Positions 9,888 to 20,749 of a DNA stretch of 64,000 nucleotides are shown one piece after another. How positions within the stretch are numbered: the stretch's first letter is position 1; each line of letters begins with the position of its first letter. The notes beneath the pieces are model-generated. The model did not search any database. It saw nothing but the letters and a program-made list of their open reading frames with translations, and was not told the origin of the DNA. Where the stretch lies: NCBI GenBank assembly GCA_965237525.1, contig CBDEFO010000006.1, forward strand, positions 384,001-448,000, in the 5' to 3' direction. This DNA comes from Candidatus Latescibacterota bacterium (lineage in GTDB: Bacteria; Latescibacterota; CBDEFO01). The translations under genes were made by a program, and so were the position numbers.

Positions 9888-11417
9888 TTAGTCATTCTCC
9901 GGCTTCCATCTCACAACCGGCTCCTTAACAGCCTTGGCGTCATCCAGCCTTCCTATGGGAGCGTTGTGCGGAGCAGACCTCACCAATTCGGGATCACTTT
10001 CCACTTCCTGGGCTATCTTGATCATAGCCTCTGCAAAAGCGTCCAGAGTCTCAAGCGTCTCCGTCTCTGTAGGTTCGATCATCATCGCCTCTCTGACGAT
10101 CAGTGGGAAATAGACTGTGGGCGGATGATAGCCGTAGTCCATAATCCTCTTGGCGATGTGCAGCGCAGTGGCGCCCTTTTCTCTTTTCTGCCTTGCGGCG
10201 GACAGGACAAACTCATGCATAGGCTGAGTATCGTATTCTATGTCCTCGTGATTCAAATTAAGCTTCCTGTCGAAGTGGCCTTTCATCTTCTTGAAGAGAT
10301 AATTGGCATTTAAGACCGCGGCTTCACCTGTCCTTTTGAGACCCTCATATCCGAGCATCCTTATGTAGACGTAGGCCCTGATGAGGACTCCAATATTGCC
10401 GTAAAAAGTGCCCACCTTTCCTATCGTTGAGGGACGGTCGAAATCGAGATGGAACTTATCTTCATGTTGAGTTGCGGCGGCATAGTTGACAATTCTGGGA
10501 ACGGGCAGAAACCTCTCAAGTTCCGATTTGACGCCCACAGGGCCAGCTCCGGGGCCTCCCCCACCGTGAGGTGTGGAGAAGGATTTATGGAGGTTGAGAT
10601 GTACTACGTCGAAGCCCATATCCCCCGGCCGGCACTTCCCCAGGAGGGCGTTCAAGTTGGCCCCGTCGTAGTATAAGAGACCGCCTTTGCTGTGGACTAT
10701 ATCGGCGATCTCTAATATATCCTCCTCAAATATGCCGAGCGTGTTGGGATTGGTGAGCATCAAGGCTGCACTATCAGAATCGCAGGAACTCTTCAGATCG
10801 TCTAAATCCACCATCCCCCTTTTGTTAGACTTTACCTCCTTAACCCTGTATCCGCACATAGCCGCGCTTGAGGGATTAGTCCCGTGCGCAGAATCAGGTA
10901 TAAGGACAGTAGTCTTATTTTGCCCCGCTTCTATATGGTAAGCCCTTATAATGAGCATCCCGGTGAGCTCTCCGTGCGCCCCTGCCGATGGCTGAAGAGA
11001 AAAATTAGAGACGCCCGTAATCTGACACAAAAATTCTTCCAACTCCCAGCATATCTGCAAGAGGGGCTGACAGAGGCTCTCCGGCCACATAGGATGAGCT
11101 TCCGCAAAGCCCGCCAGCTTTGCAATCTCATCGTTGATCTTGGGGTTGTACTTCATCGTGCACGAGCCGAGGGGATAAAAGCCTGTATCTATGCTGTGAT
11201 TGAGTTGAGAGACGTTGGTATAGTGCCTTACGAGTTCAAGTTCGTTCACCTCCGGGAGAGAAAGAGGCGATTTTCTCCTCATATCTTCGGGAATAGACTC
11301 TAGAGAGTACACTTCGGGGTTGCTTGCCGAGCCACTGTCCGTTCTGTGCCTATTAAGTTTGGGCGGGACTGCCGAGCGGCGCCCGGCTCTTCCTTTTTCA
11401 AATATGGTAGTCTCCAC
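9888..11417 (-). CDS. gcvPB: Glycine dehydrogenase subunit 2
   Basis: YPLGSCTMKYNP, AGAHGE, HLNLHKSFSTPHGGGGPG, MIEPTETE. Confidence 0.97.
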   Translation of the reverse strand: METTIFEKGRAGRRSAVPPKLNRHRTDSGSASNPEVYSLESIPEDMRRKSPLSLPEVNELELVRHYTNVSQLNHSIDTGFYPLGSCTMKYNPKINDEIAKLAGFAEAHPMWPESLCQPLLQICWELEEFLCQITGVSNFSLQPSAGAHGELTGMLIIRAYHIEAGQNKTTVLIPDSAHGTNPSSAAMCGYRVKEVKSNKRGMVDLDDLKSSCDSDSAALMLTNPNTLGIFEEDILEIADIVHSKGGLLYYDGANLNALLGKCRPGDMGFDVVHLNLHKSFSTPHGGGGPGAGPVGVKSELERFLPVPRIVNYAAATQHEDKFHLDFDRPSTIGKVGTFYGNIGVLIRAYVYIRMLGYEGLKRTGEAAVLNANYLFKKMKGHFDRKLNLNHEDIEYDTQPMHEFVLSAARQKREKGATALHIAKRIMDYGYHPPTVYFPLIVREAMMIEPTETETLETLDAFAEAMIKIAQEVESDPELVRSAPHNAPIGRLDDAKAVKEPVVRWKPEND

Positions 11418-12761
11418 CTATAGTACCTCCCTCCACACTTGACCTAATCGGTCAATATCGTCTTCGGTCTTTGTCTCGGTTGTGCAAACTAAGATAGCGT
11501 CCTCCATATCCGGGAAGAATCTCCCCAGGTCTATGCCCGCTTCGATCCCCTTTGCTCTCAATTTCGGCAGAAGATGAGAAGCAGGAGACGGGCAAGATAC
11601 CACAAATTCGTTGAAGAAAGGAGCAGAGAATCTCAACTTCAGCCCATCTATCTGGGATAATCTTTGGGCGCAGGCGTGGCTCCTTTGCCAGTTCAATTCT
11701 GCAATCTCTACCAGACCCTGGGGTCCTAAAGAAGATAGGTAGACCCCTGCTGCAAGGGCGCAGAGTGCCTGATTTGTGCAGATGTTGGAGGTAGCCCTTT
11801 CGCGCCTTATGTGCTGTTCTCTGGTCTGGAAGGTCAGGACATATCCCTGCTTGCCATTTACGTCCTCTGTCCGTCCCGCTATCCTTCCGGGCATACGTCT
11901 TATGTATTTCTCCAGGGAGGCGAAGAACCCTAAATAGGGTCCTCCAAACGAAAGGGGAACGCCTAAGGGCTGTCCTTCGCCTGTGGCGATGTCGGCCCCA
12001 TATTCGCCCGGCGGAGCTATAACGCCCAGCGAGATGGGATTCACAGAGGCGGCAAAGAGAGCGTCTGCCTCCTTTACTATCTCCTTGATCCGATGCATCG
12101 GCTCCAAGCACCCGAAGAAATTGGGATTCTGAATCAGTACACACGCAGTGTCCTGTGCCGTTGAATCGCCGAGGGCATCCAGATCGACAGAACCGTCCTG
12201 CTTCCACGGCACACTTACGACCTCCACACCTAGACCTTGAAGATAGGTATCAACTGCACTTCGGTAGAAGGGATGTAGGCTCTTTTGAAGGACGACCCTT
12301 TTGGCTCTGGGATTGATGCTCAGGGCCATCAGAACCGCTTCAGCAGCGGCAGACGCACCGTCGTACATAGATGCGTTGGCTACCTCCATCTTGGTCAGGT
12401 CAGAGATCATAGTCTGGAACTCGAATATAGTCTGAAGCGTGCCCTGACTGATCTCGGCCTGGTATGGAGTATAAGCGCTGTAGAACTCGCTCCTTGAGAT
12501 TATGTGCCCGACCACGCTGGGGATGTAGTGCTCGTAGGCTCCCCCTCCTGCAAAGGACAGATCGGGCTTTACACGCCTCATCTGGTCTTCGAGCCCTCGC
12601 ATAAACCTCCTTACATCCATCTCGGACATAGGAGGAGGAAGATCTAATTTTCCTATCCTGAGCTCCTGCGGTATCGTCTCAAAGAGCTGGTCCAGAGAGC
12701 TTATGCCCAACTCCTGGATCATATGCGCAATATCTGCTTCTGTGTGTGGAACGTAATCCAT
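11418..12761 (-). CDS. gcvPA: Glycine dehydrogenase subunit 1
   Basis: YTPYQAEISQG, NASMYDG, TREQHIRRERATSNICTNQ. Confidence 0.97.
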   Translation of the reverse strand: MDYVPHTEADIAHMIQELGISSLDQLFETIPQELRIGKLDLPPPMSEMDVRRFMRGLEDQMRRVKPDLSFAGGGAYEHYIPSVVGHIISRSEFYSAYTPYQAEISQGTLQTIFEFQTMISDLTKMEVANASMYDGASAAAEAVLMALSINPRAKRVVLQKSLHPFYRSAVDTYLQGLGVEVVSVPWKQDGSVDLDALGDSTAQDTACVLIQNPNFFGCLEPMHRIKEIVKEADALFAASVNPISLGVIAPPGEYGADIATGEGQPLGVPLSFGGPYLGFFASLEKYIRRMPGRIAGRTEDVNGKQGYVLTFQTREQHIRRERATSNICTNQALCALAAGVYLSSLGPQGLVEIAELNWQRSHACAQRLSQIDGLKLRFSAPFFNEFVVSCPSPASHLLPKLRAKGIEAGIDLGRFFPDMEDAILVCTTETKTEDDIDRLGQVWREVL

Positions 12762-12796
12762 CTATTATTCTCCTCAAGTTTCCGTAGAGACTGTCA

Positions 12797-13768
12797 TCAA
12801 TATCTGCGTCCGGCTTGCGTCAACACAGACAGTGCGTCCGCCGTCACAAACTCGTTCATACGCCTCTTGCTCGTACCTCCACAGTCGACAAAGGAGTAAC
12901 CTGAGATTCTATTCACGCCAACCCGACCTCGCACGTAGTACTTCTTTTCCACAGGGAAGCCCCCGTCGGGAAGTCGCTTCGACTCCAGCAGATCCAGAGC
13001 GTCGGAAGAACGCTCTGCCTGGATGAGGCCCGCCTCCGCCAGGACCTTCAACCCAAACAGGATATCATAATTCCAATAGCACGGGTAGTGAAGTATCGCG
13101 AAGTTATTTCTAATGATACGACCGTCCCGTAGTCTTTTGTACAATCTGCGCTTGAGGAAAACCTCCGCAGCACGCTCCGTAGCAGCTTTTGACTCAGGGC
13201 TTCCGGTCCTCTTTGCGTGAAGCGCTAGTCCCCGGAGGGGAATCAGGCTCTCCATAAAGGACGAGTTTACGGCTTCCGGTCTTTTGTCGCAGTTCCAACC
13301 GCCGTAGGGCCACTGCCACTTAAGGAGTCGCTTTACCAGCTCATCGCACTTCGAATCGGCCAATCCAAGGGCGTGTAGATAGTAGAGGGCGTTCCCCTCC
13401 TGAGATGCACACCTCCTGACGCGGCCTTCTATCGACCTTATGGCATTTTCGTGCCGCTCTGAAAGGAGCCATCCCAGGATTTGCTCCCGAAGCGGAACCA
13501 GCGACCGATCGCCCTCAGGATAGCCGATATCAGCCAGATTCGCAAGCACCCAGCGAGCTCCGTACCATTCTTGTACGGATGAAAGGGGATCGCTCCGTCC
13601 TCGTCTCTCTCAGACAGGAGGGCATGCACCCGAGGGGAAGACCTTATCTCCTCTCTCACACCCACAACCTGGACCGATCCCAACTCCTGGCCCAGGACAT
13701 TGACCCTTACCTTGAACCGAACCGCAGGTTCCGTCCGACCCCAGCAGTTTCTCGATTACGTTTTGCAT
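12797..13768 (-). pseudogene. Frameshifted alpha/alpha-barrel (prenyltransferase/squalene-cyclase-like) hypothetical gene
   Basis: One coherent protein (MQNVIEKLL...HPYK/WYGARWVLANL...GGWNC) split over frames near 13730 and 13570. Confidence 0.7.
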
Positions 13769-13780
13769 CGTCTCAGATCC

Positions 13781-16264
13781 TCACAGGCCCTGTTCCACGA
13801 GTTCATGGTGACCCGCTCTGCGAGACTCCCATACCGATGCCCCAAAAGCGACAGCATAACACGAAAAACCAGTCCAGAAGGACGTGGAAATACCAGAACT
13901 CAAAGCTATCACAACAGCAAAGACTGAGGCACAGACGGATGTCGCGCCATTTATGCCCCATAGCCAGGGGGTCAGAGAGGCCGACCTGGCGGACGCCATC
14001 TTCATCCCAAGAGGAAATGCCATTCCCATAAATAGCCCTAAGGGGAAAAGCATTAGTGTGGCGACAGAGATGCGCAGCATCGTTATTGACCCCTGGAACA
14101 TGCTGGTAACGTACGGTGTAAGTATTCCAAAAACAAGGAGTGCACATAGAAGGAGAGACAGACGCATAATCGCTGATCTTGTCAGACCAGGATAGCTTAT
14201 CTTCTTAGTTAAATAACTCCCGAGACCGCTGGATAAGAGCAGGGCAAAAAGCACAACTGATAGAGCATAAACAGGATGCCCCAAGAAAATGATGAATCTC
14301 TGCATCTGTGAAATCTCAACCAGCATAAAGCCTAATCCTATACACGAAAAGAATATGAAAAGAGGCAAAGATCCCCTTAATGTAGATTTGTCAGTTGTTA
14401 AGATGAGAGGAACGATGATCCATAGGAACGTCAGCCCCAGGACGGTTATCAGTAGAGCACCCAAGACGAAAACCGCTCTCATGTTGAAGCCCATCGTGCC
14501 CTGCTTCCACAGTTCCCGATTAAACATATCTCGAAGCCTAAGCATGTGAAAGAAGAACGGACTATCGTCAGTAGGTGCAGCGATATTTATGGGGAACTCT
14601 GCCGTGAACGTATCCAGGTCTACTCCGGAGGCAATAGTTGCAAAAGTAGAATCCAGTGAGAATCTTGGGCTGAGAACCAGGTCAAATTGCATCTTGGCAG
14701 TGATCTCTTCCAGGATATCCAGATCCTTATCTGAAAATGGCTCCTTGCTCACCAGTATCGTTCCAATACCGTTAGCCATAGCTAATTCCAGGCCATTATC
14801 TCCATCTCCAGTGTCCCTCCGCGGCATATGTCTCACAATGACAATATGTTCTCGGGGATTCTCCACACCTAACTGCATCAAGGAGGCGCTGGCCAGGGAA
14901 GTCAGTCTGTAGACCTCACCGGGTCTATTCTGAAAGTACCATCGGGAGAACGTTAAGACGCCATCGGGGGTCAAGTGCTCTAAGAAATCCTCCCATGCCT
15001 CGAGGGTGTAAAGCGAGTTCTCTGTGAGCACAAATGCCCCCGCTGCAGTTGCAGCCCACGTGTCTATCATCGAGACTTGAATGATATCGAACGTATCCTT
15101 TAATCTTGCAATGTAGCTTCGCGCCTCATCGTTGACGAAAGTGACTTTAGGGTCTCTGTCCAGATGACCGCTAAATGCGCCGAATCTCCCGTTGACCGTG
15201 TCGATTATGTCTTCATTAATTTCAACTCCCAGAACTGACTTTTGCTCGAATACTAACGCGGAGAGGATATCCTTTCCGCCTCCTGTCCCGATAACCAGGA
15301 CCTTTGAATTCCTCCGTACATAGTGCGCCAGATTGGTGACATCGTACTTGAGATGTTCTAACGCTGTCAAGTTGCCATCAAATGCAGTTAGAACTGTCCC
15401 CGCTCTGGCGTCTATATTCATATATAGTTGATCGACTTTCCGGTCGGAAGGATAAGTAGAACTAAGACCCCATCCAAAGGGCGTTTTTGATCCGTCCGGA
15501 TCAGCATAGACCTTAATACGTGAGAATGAATTCCACTTCTCATAAAGAGGTCGAGATTCAAGCCTGCCTTTCACCCATATCAACCGGAGTAAGGGCATCT
15601 GCTTGATGGCAAGAACTGTGTGAACAACCGCGAAGGAGGCAAATAAGAGGCTGCAAATAAGGGCAACTGTTCTCAGCTTCTCAAGGCCTGCATCTGCAGC
15701 GAAAAAAACTGTGCCGACACTGGCAAGAAAGGCTACTACTATCACCGCGGTTGGACCATCGGTAATCCTGAGAGTGTATATCAGCACTATACATCCGATC
15801 GCTGCACCTGCAAGGTCAGCAGCGTATAGTTTGCTCACCTGTCGCGGGAATTTCGTCAGTGCCAGACAGACACATATCCCGCTGAATACGAAAGGGATTG
15901 ATATTACCACATATGTCAAAGCGATCAGGAACAAGCCCACAATCGATCTGTGGATATCAAACGGGATACTCAGATGCACCAAGAAGCTGATAACGATCGA
16001 TACCGCGAACAACAGGGAATTAAGAGTAAGATGATACTTTGCCCGTTCGCAAGTGAAATAGCCGGGAAGTAGATAGACTAATATTGCACCCACCGTCATC
16101 CCAAACATGGCCATAGATATAGCCATAAACGCGTAGTGATACCACATGGTCACACTGAAGATGCGCGTAAGGAGGATTTCGTACATCAAAGTGGCAAGCG
16201 CGACCATGAACAGACCTGCGTAAGCGCCTTTTCTAACCACAACTTCTGCACTCATAATCCTCAT
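13781..16264 (-). CDS. Membrane protein fused to spermidine-synthase-like SAM-dependent domain
   Basis: YEILLTR, LYAADLAGA, WNSFSRI, IGTGGGKD, DEARS, WLWGING. Confidence 0.85.
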   Translation of the reverse strand: MRIMSAEVVVRKGAYAGLFMVALATLMYEILLTRIFSVTMWYHYAFMAISMAMFGMTVGAILVYLLPGYFTCERAKYHLTLNSLLFAVSIVISFLVHLSIPFDIHRSIVGLFLIALTYVVISIPFVFSGICVCLALTKFPRQVSKLYAADLAGAAIGCIVLIYTLRITDGPTAVIVVAFLASVGTVFFAADAGLEKLRTVALICSLLFASFAVVHTVLAIKQMPLLRLIWVKGRLESRPLYEKWNSFSRIKVYADPDGSKTPFGWGLSSTYPSDRKVDQLYMNIDARAGTVLTAFDGNLTALEHLKYDVTNLAHYVRRNSKVLVIGTGGGKDILSALVFEQKSVLGVEINEDIIDTVNGRFGAFSGHLDRDPKVTFVNDEARSYIARLKDTFDIIQVSMIDTWAATAAGAFVLTENSLYTLEAWEDFLEHLTPDGVLTFSRWYFQNRPGEVYRLTSLASASLMQLGVENPREHIVIVRHMPRRDTGDGDNGLELAMANGIGTILVSKEPFSDKDLDILEEITAKMQFDLVLSPRFSLDSTFATIASGVDLDTFTAEFPINIAAPTDDSPFFFHMLRLRDMFNRELWKQGTMGFNMRAVFVLGALLITVLGLTFLWIIVPLILTTDKSTLRGSLPLFIFFSCIGLGFMLVEISQMQRFIIFLGHPVYALSVVLFALLLSSGLGSYLTKKISYPGLTRSAIMRLSLLLCALLVFGILTPYVTSMFQGSITMLRISVATLMLFPLGLFMGMAFPLGMKMASARSASLTPWLWGINGATSVCASVFAVVIALSSGISTSFWTGFSCYAVAFGASVWESRRAGHHELVEQGL

Positions 16265-16416
16265 CTTCCCCCTTCAATGCGCAGATTCCGTAACTGTAGC
16301 TCTGCGTCCGTTAAACGAGATCTTTGTTCAAAAAGTTCTTCGACCCCCTCCGGGTTCCCTCCGGGCCTAAGGGATAACGGTAACACAACGATCAGAGAGA
16401 TCGAGCATAGATACCT

Positions 16417-17436
16417 TTATATTCTGGCTTGCTTTTTCCATCCGATCACCACCGATTGCTCGTGATCGATTGATCTGCACTCCATCTCGTGGAAACCAGC
16501 TTTTTCCATCAGCGTCTCGATCTCCTCAGCATTTCGCTGATCCCCGATGGTGCCATATATCAGGCCGAACCACTGGAACACGCCGATCAAACTGCCGCTC
16601 TTATCCTCATTGAGCAGAAACTCCTGTACGAGCACCGGCGATCCCTCAGGCAAAGCTTCGCGACACCGTCGCAGCAGATGTACACAGTGCTCGTCATCCC
16701 AGTCGTGAATCACGTGTGAAATGAAAAAAGCATCCACCCCCGGCGGGAGCGGATCTTCGAAGAAATCGGCCGTATAAAAGCTTACTCGTTTCTCCGCACT
16801 GCTCTTTCGGATTGCGGCTTCCGCTGTCTTTCTGCTATATGGTAAATCCACCACGATACCCTTCAGGTGCGGGTACTTACCCATGAGTCCGACCAGTACT
16901 CCTCCGGTTGCGCCACCCAGATCAGCTACCAAGTGAAACGGACTGAAGTCGAACACAGCCGCCAGGGATTCTCCCCATAGGATGCGCCATCCGTGACGCT
17001 CCGGAGCAAAAGCTTCGGTGTCTACTTCACTATTGGGGTTAGCCAGCCACGGCGGCAGAGCTTCCGGCACGATTTCGTTGGTCAGGAGCGCCTGCTTCAT
17101 CGTCTTATACCACCAATCCTTCTCGGGATCGGGCTGCCGAGGAGTAATTCGGGCCCGTCCTCCCTCCAGTACCATTTCTCGCATGATGTCGTAGATAAAG
17201 TATCTCTCATCCTGAATGCCTATTACCCCTAAACAGGCATTGGCCGCCAGTAAGACTGCCGCAGGACGTTCCTGAAAACCGATTCGCCGACTCACCTCAG
17301 CGACGGTCGCCGGTCCTGCGCGCAGAGCCTCGTAGATCCCGAATTCCTCGGACAGAATCCAGGCCACTCTAGCTCGCTCAACATGGTGAATTTTATATGC
17401 GAAATAAGGATCTGCACCAGGACCGATCGTTAGCAT
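16417..17436 (-). CDS. SAM-dependent O-methyltransferase (Methyltransf_2)
   Basis: DLGGATG, DLP, DFF, HVIHDWDD. Confidence 0.9.
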   Translation of the reverse strand: MLTIGPGADPYFAYKIHHVERARVAWILSEEFGIYEALRAGPATVAEVSRRIGFQERPAAVLLAANACLGVIGIQDERYFIYDIMREMVLEGGRARITPRQPDPEKDWWYKTMKQALLTNEIVPEALPPWLANPNSEVDTEAFAPERHGWRILWGESLAAVFDFSPFHLVADLGGATGGVLVGLMGKYPHLKGIVVDLPYSRKTAEAAIRKSSAEKRVSFYTADFFEDPLPPGVDAFFISHVIHDWDDEHCVHLLRRCREALPEGSPVLVQEFLLNEDKSGSLIGVFQWFGLIYGTIGDQRNAEEIETLMEKAGFHEMECRSIDHEQSVVIGWKKQARI

Positions 17437-17754
17437 GATAGCACCCCTTTGTTGTCTTGAGGATAATAGACTCTCAATTGACTTTCCTAAACTCGTATTG
17501 GCGCCCGGGCAATAAGCTCGTCTTTCATGCCTTGCACATAACGTCTTGCCGCTGCTAACAGAACGTCACTTTCAGTGGTAGGCCTCTGTGGCTGGTTGCC
17601 GAATCCGGCTGGGCACACTCTTGTCAAATCTCGTCGAATTACTCTTCATCTTCACTACATCAGGATACTATTTGTGCCTTGATGCCTCCCCTGCAAGAAA
17701 CAGTAACAGCAACGCACGCACTGCCCACGCCACCTCTTTGGGGGCCCACTTTCG

Positions 17755-18645
17755 TTATTGTGGTTCGCACGCCATCTGCGCCGCTTTGAGCGTATTGCTC
17801 AACAGCATAGCGATAGTCATAGGTCCTACCCCACCGGGAACAGGAGATATGGCGCTCGCCTTATCTTTGACGCTTTCGAAGTTGACGTCTCCAACGAGCC
17901 TGTAACCGCTCTTTCGGGACGGGTCTTTCACGCTGTTTATGCCCACATCTATCACCACGGTTCCCTCCGAGACCATATCTGCGGCGATCATTCTGGGTCT
18001 GCCCGCTGCCACGATTAGGATATCCGCCTGTCTGGTGTGGTAGCCCAAGTCTTTTGTGCCTGTGTGGCAGACAGTTACGGTGGCATTGGCACCTTCGGCC
18101 TTCTGGACGAGGAGATTGACCATCGGCTTTCCGACGATCTTGCTCCTTCCGACTACGACCGCGTGTCTTCCGGACGGGTCCACACCTTCGTGTCTTAACA
18201 TCTCCATCACGCCTGACGGAGTTGCGGGAACAAAGCGGGGGTTCCCCATAACCAAAAGTCCCACGTTTACGGGATGGAAGCCATCCACATCCTTTTTCGG
18301 GTGGATCAGGGACATAAGATAGTCCTCGTCAAGGTGTTCGGGGAGCGGAGATTGAACGAGAATACCGTGGATATTTTCGTCCACGTTGAGCTTTTCGATA
18401 TGGTCTATTACCTGGTCTTGGGACGAGTCAGCGGGGATATTGATGACCTGCGAGCGTATGCGGACTTCGGAGGACTTTTTGGCTTTGTTTTTGACATAGA
18501 TGTGCGAAGCGGGGTTGTCTCCCACAAGGATGACACCGAGTCCAGGGGTCACTCCACAAGATACTTTAAGCTCTTCGACCCCGCTGCTGACTCTTTTTTC
18601 AACTTCTGCGGCTATTGCTTTTCCGTCGATTATCTTGGCTGACAT
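17755..18645 (-). CDS. folD: Methylenetetrahydrofolate dehydrogenase/cyclohydrolase
   Basis: YVKNK, KDVDGFHP, GRSKIVGKP, PVPGGVGPMT. Confidence 0.98.
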   Translation of the reverse strand: MSAKIIDGKAIAAEVEKRVSSGVEELKVSCGVTPGLGVILVGDNPASHIYVKNKAKKSSEVRIRSQVINIPADSSQDQVIDHIEKLNVDENIHGILVQSPLPEHLDEDYLMSLIHPKKDVDGFHPVNVGLLVMGNPRFVPATPSGVMEMLRHEGVDPSGRHAVVVGRSKIVGKPMVNLLVQKAEGANATVTVCHTGTKDLGYHTRQADILIVAAGRPRMIAADMVSEGTVVIDVGINSVKDPSRKSGYRLVGDVNFESVKDKASAISPVPGGVGPMTIAMLLSNTLKAAQMACEPQ

Positions 18646-18889
18646 TTTTTGTCTCTTTCCTCGCCAGGTGTACAGCAGGACAGGGCATCCTCGCCCCGTC
18701 TACCGAACAGAGGTGAATGTCTCTTCTAACTGCTGGACGAGGTAGCCTCTTCCAAAGAAAGTATGGTGGGTTAGACATTCCTGTCTGATATGGATACGAG
18801 CCCCCTACATTCTAGCTACTTCGAAAGTCCGACTATCTGTCCATCTTTGTCAATGTACCAGGTGCAAGTTTTCTACTGCATTACCTTCT

Positions 18890-19070
18890 ATTATAGTTAT
18901 CCCGTTTAACCACCTTTGGTGTCATTGCGAGCCGAAGGCGAAGCAATCTCGATTCTGTGGTAGATGTAATACTCTCCGGCTCTCATAGGAGACCACTATA
19001 ATACCTTGAGATTGCTTTGTCGCTTTGCTCCTCGCAATGACTCCACCAAGCTTATGAATTAATGGGGTTA
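18890..19070. mobile_element. MITE copy lacking its left end
   Basis: Near-identical to 20995-21196, ends TTATGAATTAATGGGGT-TA. Confidence 0.8.
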
Positions 19071-19534
19071 GGTGAGAAAATATGAAATTAGATGCTGAAT
19101 GTCAATGAAAAAGTCTACTGTAAACATCACATGGCGCCTAGCTCTGAAGAAGATAGAATTTTGGCAGAACAATTTTGAAGAGAGATTGGTGACAGCATAT
19201 ACCACTGCACTATAATAACTCAGGATTCACCACTGTATCTTAATTTACTCAACACCTAGTAATCTCTCAGAACTTCTTTCTCTAACCTCTCTACCAGCAA
19301 TCTGCACCAGAGGCCGCAGCTTCTGCTCTGTGATTACCCTGAGACCCTCATCAGAGTTCTGCCGATTGAGAATAACAGACTGGACCTCTCCATCCTGCTT
19401 CAAGAGATTTAACATCTGCCTCACCTGCGGCCCGGGATAATCCACTTATGTTAGTACCGTTATACTAAAGCTCCTTTCTCTCCTCGTAAGGTTTGGGTTT
19501 GGGAATTTCGAACATATCCCTTCTTGCGTTTAAA

Positions 19535-20130
19535 TGAGGTAATACTACAACATCATACACCTTAATATCTTGCGAAGAGTCAAGTATTACTTCCTATTAC
19601 CATATGCGAAAATGCAACTACTGTAGGTGCACCAGATTTTGGAAATTATCAGGTGGTAGATATCGTTGTCAAGGGTGTCGTAGCTACTACCATTTTCGAA
19701 CCAATACCTACTGGTCCAAGAGCAAGATTTCTCCTTACTGTAAGGAGAGGCTCCTTGAGTTCGAGTGTCTCGCGGTTTCTGCTTACCCGATAAAGTTCCG
19801 GATCCCAACACACTTACATACTATTAAACGTTTCTACCGCATAGTCCGCCTTGCTATCTATCAGAACTCCGTCGAAGAACTCAATCCCCTTTCTGGACAG
19901 ATAGAGATGGATGAGACTATGTTTGGTGGACGTTCTGGCCAACGAAGACAAACGACATCTCAATAGTAGAGACCATCTAAATGGAATCGAAGGCTTTTTT
20001 GTCATACGCTAAGCACTTTCTATGTTCTTATGCAGGTGTACCCAACCAATATTTCCGCCTCTACCTTAAGGAAACAGAATGGAGATTCAACCATAAACGC
20101 CAGGGCCTAAGAGAGATAGCCAGACACCTT
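19535..20130 (+). mobile_element. IS1595-family (ISXO2-like) transposase remnant with internal deletion
   Basis: Zn ribbon CNYC..CQGC, IEMDETMFGG, NGIEGF.SYAK, LYLKETEWRFN across shifted frames. Confidence 0.85.
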
Positions 20131-20211
20131 ATGGTCGCCACTCTCAAAGGGTATGACGTTGTGGCATTACCTTTTGTTCTGACAGATCAAGTATTTGAGT
20201 GTCGCCTTCTA

Positions 20212-20413
20212 CGTGACACACTGTAATGTGTTACGTGACATCTTTTTATGGAGTCGCCCCCGATTGAATCTATCGGGGCTCAACCTTTGCGGAAATCCTC
20301 AGGCGAGATGCTGTACCTGCATATCATGCTGTGGAAACTTTGACGTTCATTACGTACCCTCTTAGCTGCTTCGGTAACGATGCCTGCTGTAGCCCATAGG
20401 GCCTCACGAACGA
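20212..20413 (-). repeat. Diverged duplicate of the sigma54 regulator 3' end and downstream flank
   Basis: Aligns to 22042-22243. Confidence 0.9.
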
Positions 20414-20749
20414 CTCTCTTCCCCAGGGCGCTTCCGGGGCACTTTGCCGCCCCCACTCGAGGTTACTGTGTACTTTGGTCTCAGCCCTTGTTCCAGCAGA
20501 AAGAGCCAAGCACCGGCAAGCCTTCTTGAGTCATCGTTCGCCTCCCCAACAGTTTGATCTGCGATGTATCGATGATCTATCGCATTTCTCATAACGCTCA
20601 AGAAGAATAGCCCGCCATTTCTGACGGGACGTGCCCTGGAGAGAGGAAGGAACAGAGATAGAGATTCCCACTCTCGAGGCTCATCTGCTTGCTCCCATTA
20701 TCACTTCACGCTATGTCTGGCCCGCACAGTTCCTCAATCCAATATAGTT

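Noticed and set aside
8880..10010. Diversity-generating retroelement TR/VR pair
   Set aside because: Differences are not adenine-specific on either strand and no reverse transcriptase is in the window
11452..12207. Long alternative-frame or antisense ORFs (also 37313-37999, 50658-51329, 63128-63868)
   Set aside because: Shadows of well-supported genes with no recognisable motifs
18646..18800. ZTP or THF riboswitch upstream of folD
   Set aside because: No recognisable consensus core
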